Below, one piece after another: positions 29,829 through 32,000 of a DNA stretch of 32,000 nt. The stretch lies in NCBI RefSeq assembly GCF_002945325.1, contig NZ_CP026606.1, positions 930,001 through 962,000 on the forward strand. The letters are read 5' to 3'. Origin of the DNA: Methanococcus maripaludis (GTDB lineage: Archaea; AGJL01; Methanococci; Methanococcales; Methanococcaceae). The position numbers and the translations under genes are program-made. How positions within the stretch are numbered: the stretch's first letter is position 1; every line of letters starts with the position of its first letter. The notes beneath the pieces are model-generated. The model did not search any database. It was not told the origin of the DNA and was given only the letters and a program-made list of their open reading frames with translations.

Positions 29829-30101
29829 TTACCTTGTTTTATAAACTTTATCCCATTCTCGCTCAAATTCGTCCATGAACATCAGGGTTTTATCGACTTC
29901 TATTGCACAAACTTGTTGAAAATTAACCACTGCAAAGTTTTTCTTGTCTTCGTTGAATAACAGCGTGCCAGTTCCTTTTCCAGTTTCTAAATATTTAATA
30001 TACTTATTTTTAAGTTTTACTACCGCTTCGTAGTCGTATTCTCCTTCCAAGATACTTCCAGGGTAGTGTATCTTGATATATAGAGTTGGTCTTTTTTTCA
30101 A
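29829..30101 (-). CDS. Small hypothetical protein (90 aa from the TTG at 30101; the ORF stays open to the TTG at 30140)
   Basis: There is no in-frame ATG near the 5' end. A strong GGAGGTG (30107-30113) sits 5 nt upstream of the TTG at 30099-30101. I recognise no motif. Confidence 0.5.
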   Translation of the reverse strand: MKKRPTLYIKIHYPGSILEGEYDYEAVVKLKNKYIKYLETGKGTGTLLFNEDKKNFAVVNFQQVCAIEVDKTLMFMDEFEREWDKVYKTR

Positions 30102-30158
30102 AAAAGCACCTCCAATTCTACTGTCAATTTTATATACCAATCATAATTATTTAAGGTT

Positions 30159-31268
30159 ATGATCGGATTTAGAATGACTTCAAAAAACAAGTACAGTATT
30201 TCAAAATTATATCCTCTAGTAGGTGGGACACTATTCAAAGAATTTAGCGAAATAATTGAAAATCTGGATTCTTTAGATATTTTAATATATTCATTTATGA
30301 GTATGCAGGAAAAAGAAGTTTTAAACGAAATAAATGAATTAAAAAAACTAAAAAAAGATGTTATATTAATTGCGGGAGGAGCTCACCCATCAGGATGTCC
30401 AGAAGATACATTAAACATGGGATTTGACCACGTAATAATTGGTGAAGGGGAAATTTCACTACCAAATCTTATAAATTCTATAAAATCTGGAAAAACTTCT
30501 GAAAAAATAATTAAAGGAATAATAATTGAGAATTTTGACAATTATGAAAAAATATGGCCCCTTGCACCAATAGAAATTACAAGAGGGTGTCCCTACAACT
30601 GTAGATTCTGCCAGACTCCCCAAATATTTGGAAAAAATATAAGGCATAGAAGTATTGAAAGTATCGTAAAAATTGTAAAAACTATGGGCGATATCCGGTT
30701 TGTAACCCCAAACGCGTTTTCATATGGGTCCAAAACAGGAACAAAACCAGATATTGAAAAACTTGAAAAATTGATGAAAAGTCTCTTTGAAATTAAAAAA
30801 AGGCTCTTTTTTGGAACTTTTCCATCAGAAGTAAGGCCGGAATTTGTAAAATTTGAAACACTTGATTTAGTAAATAAGTATTGCGACAATAGATACATTC
30901 ATTTTGGAGCGCAGAGCGGAAGCGATGAAGTTTTAAAACATATAAGACGCGGTCACACAGTTTCAGATGTTATAAATGCTGTTGAAACGTCTAAAGAATG
31001 TGATTTAATTCCAAAAGTTGATTTTATATTTGGTTTTCCAGACGAAACAAAAGATCAAAGAAAAGAAAGCATTGATCTGATGAAATACATTATAAAAAAG
31101 AATGGAAAAGTCCATGCACACTATTTTATGCCCCTTTGTGGAACTTACTTTGAAAACAGCACCCCAGAATTACTTGAAAAAGAAACCTTAGATATTTTAG
31201 GAAAAATGGCAAAAAAAGGACAGATTACTGGTTCGTGGGGATACCAGTACTCCAAAAATTTAGAATGA
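30159..31268 (+). CDS. B12-binding-like domain / radical SAM protein (MJ_1487-type family by recollection)
   Basis: N-terminal IAGGAHPSGCPEDTLNMGFDHVIIGEGE. Radical SAM motif CPYNCRFC. The start is at 30159 or 30174. Confidence 0.8.
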   Translation: MIGFRMTSKNKYSISKLYPLVGGTLFKEFSEIIENLDSLDILIYSFMSMQEKEVLNEINELKKLKKDVILIAGGAHPSGCPEDTLNMGFDHVIIGEGEISLPNLINSIKSGKTSEKIIKGIIIENFDNYEKIWPLAPIEITRGCPYNCRFCQTPQIFGKNIRHRSIESIVKIVKTMGDIRFVTPNAFSYGSKTGTKPDIEKLEKLMKSLFEIKKRLFFGTFPSEVRPEFVKFETLDLVNKYCDNRYIHFGAQSGSDEVLKHIRRGHTVSDVINAVETSKECDLIPKVDFIFGFPDETKDQRKESIDLMKYIIKKNGKVHAHYFMPLCGTYFENSTPELLEKETLDILGKMAKKGQITGSWGYQYSKNLE

Positions 31269-31272
31269 AAAT

Positions 31273-31752
<480 letters not shown>

Positions 31753-31775
31753 TTAAAATAGCTAATTAAATGTAA

Positions 31776-32000
31776 TTAGTGAATTCTTTCGATGATAAAA
31801 TCTGCAATGTTTTCGAGATTTTTTCTTTTTTCTGCATCGAATATTTTTAAGTAATCTTTAGCTTCTTCTGTTGCGTTTTTCATTGTATCTTTTGCATAAT
31901 TAATAGAATCGGCTAAAAGTTCAATTGCTTCTGCAACTTCTTGTTGATTTGCATCTTGATTTCCTAAAATCTGCAATAATCTTTCTTTTTTATCTTCAGA
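31776..32000 (-). CDS. 3' end of a gene whose 5' part lies beyond the window; hypothetical helical protein
   Basis: The frame stays open to nt 32000 (…SEDKKERLLQILGNQ…). The Met listed at 31976 is a TTG codon inside the ORF. Confidence 0.5.
   Translation of the reverse strand, partial: SEDKKERLLQILGNQDANQQEVAEAIELLADSINYAKDTMKNATEEAKDYLKIFDAEKRKNLENIADFIIERIH

Overview
AT-rich (about one third GC) archaeal chromosome segment. The genes point to a hydrogenotrophic Methanococcales methanogen: mer, two cofH paralogs, FrhB-like and H4MPT-linked genes, archaeal r-proteins L31e/LX, aIF6, PriS, and GGTGA-type RBSs. Gene order resembles what I recall for Methanococcus maripaludis, but I cannot verify that here. 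The window is densely packed core metabolism. I found no CRISPR array, IS element, integrase or recognisable defence or toxin genes.

The dominant theme is nitrogen assimilation:
- A four-gene, translationally coupled operon (593-5147, minus strand) encodes a split glutamate synthase: amidotransferase, ferredoxin-fused FMN domain and GXGXG domain. Its last gene is an FrhB-like F420-binding subunit where a GltD-type subunit would be expected.
- argG.
- An array of three PII genes interleaved with two Amt genes (15072-18907). Two promoter regions upstream carry overlapping GGAA-N6-TTCC (NrpR-type) operators.
- argB lies immediately upstream of that array.

Other features worth a second look:
- A roughly 230-nt G-poor leader ahead of the first PII gene.
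- A His51 T-loop variant in one PII.
- An extra Cys at the GltB [3Fe-4S] site.
- Tandem cofH paralogs whose first ~125 nt are near-identical while the rest has diverged.
- A small Dsr-like siroheme protein, divergently paired with a PyrE-like HTH regulator.
- An orphan GXGXG beta-helix protein.
- A cluster of uncharacterised genes around a B12-like radical SAM enzyme.

Several starts in the ORF track are GTG/TTG extensions. I moved them to a downstream ATG that has a good RBS.
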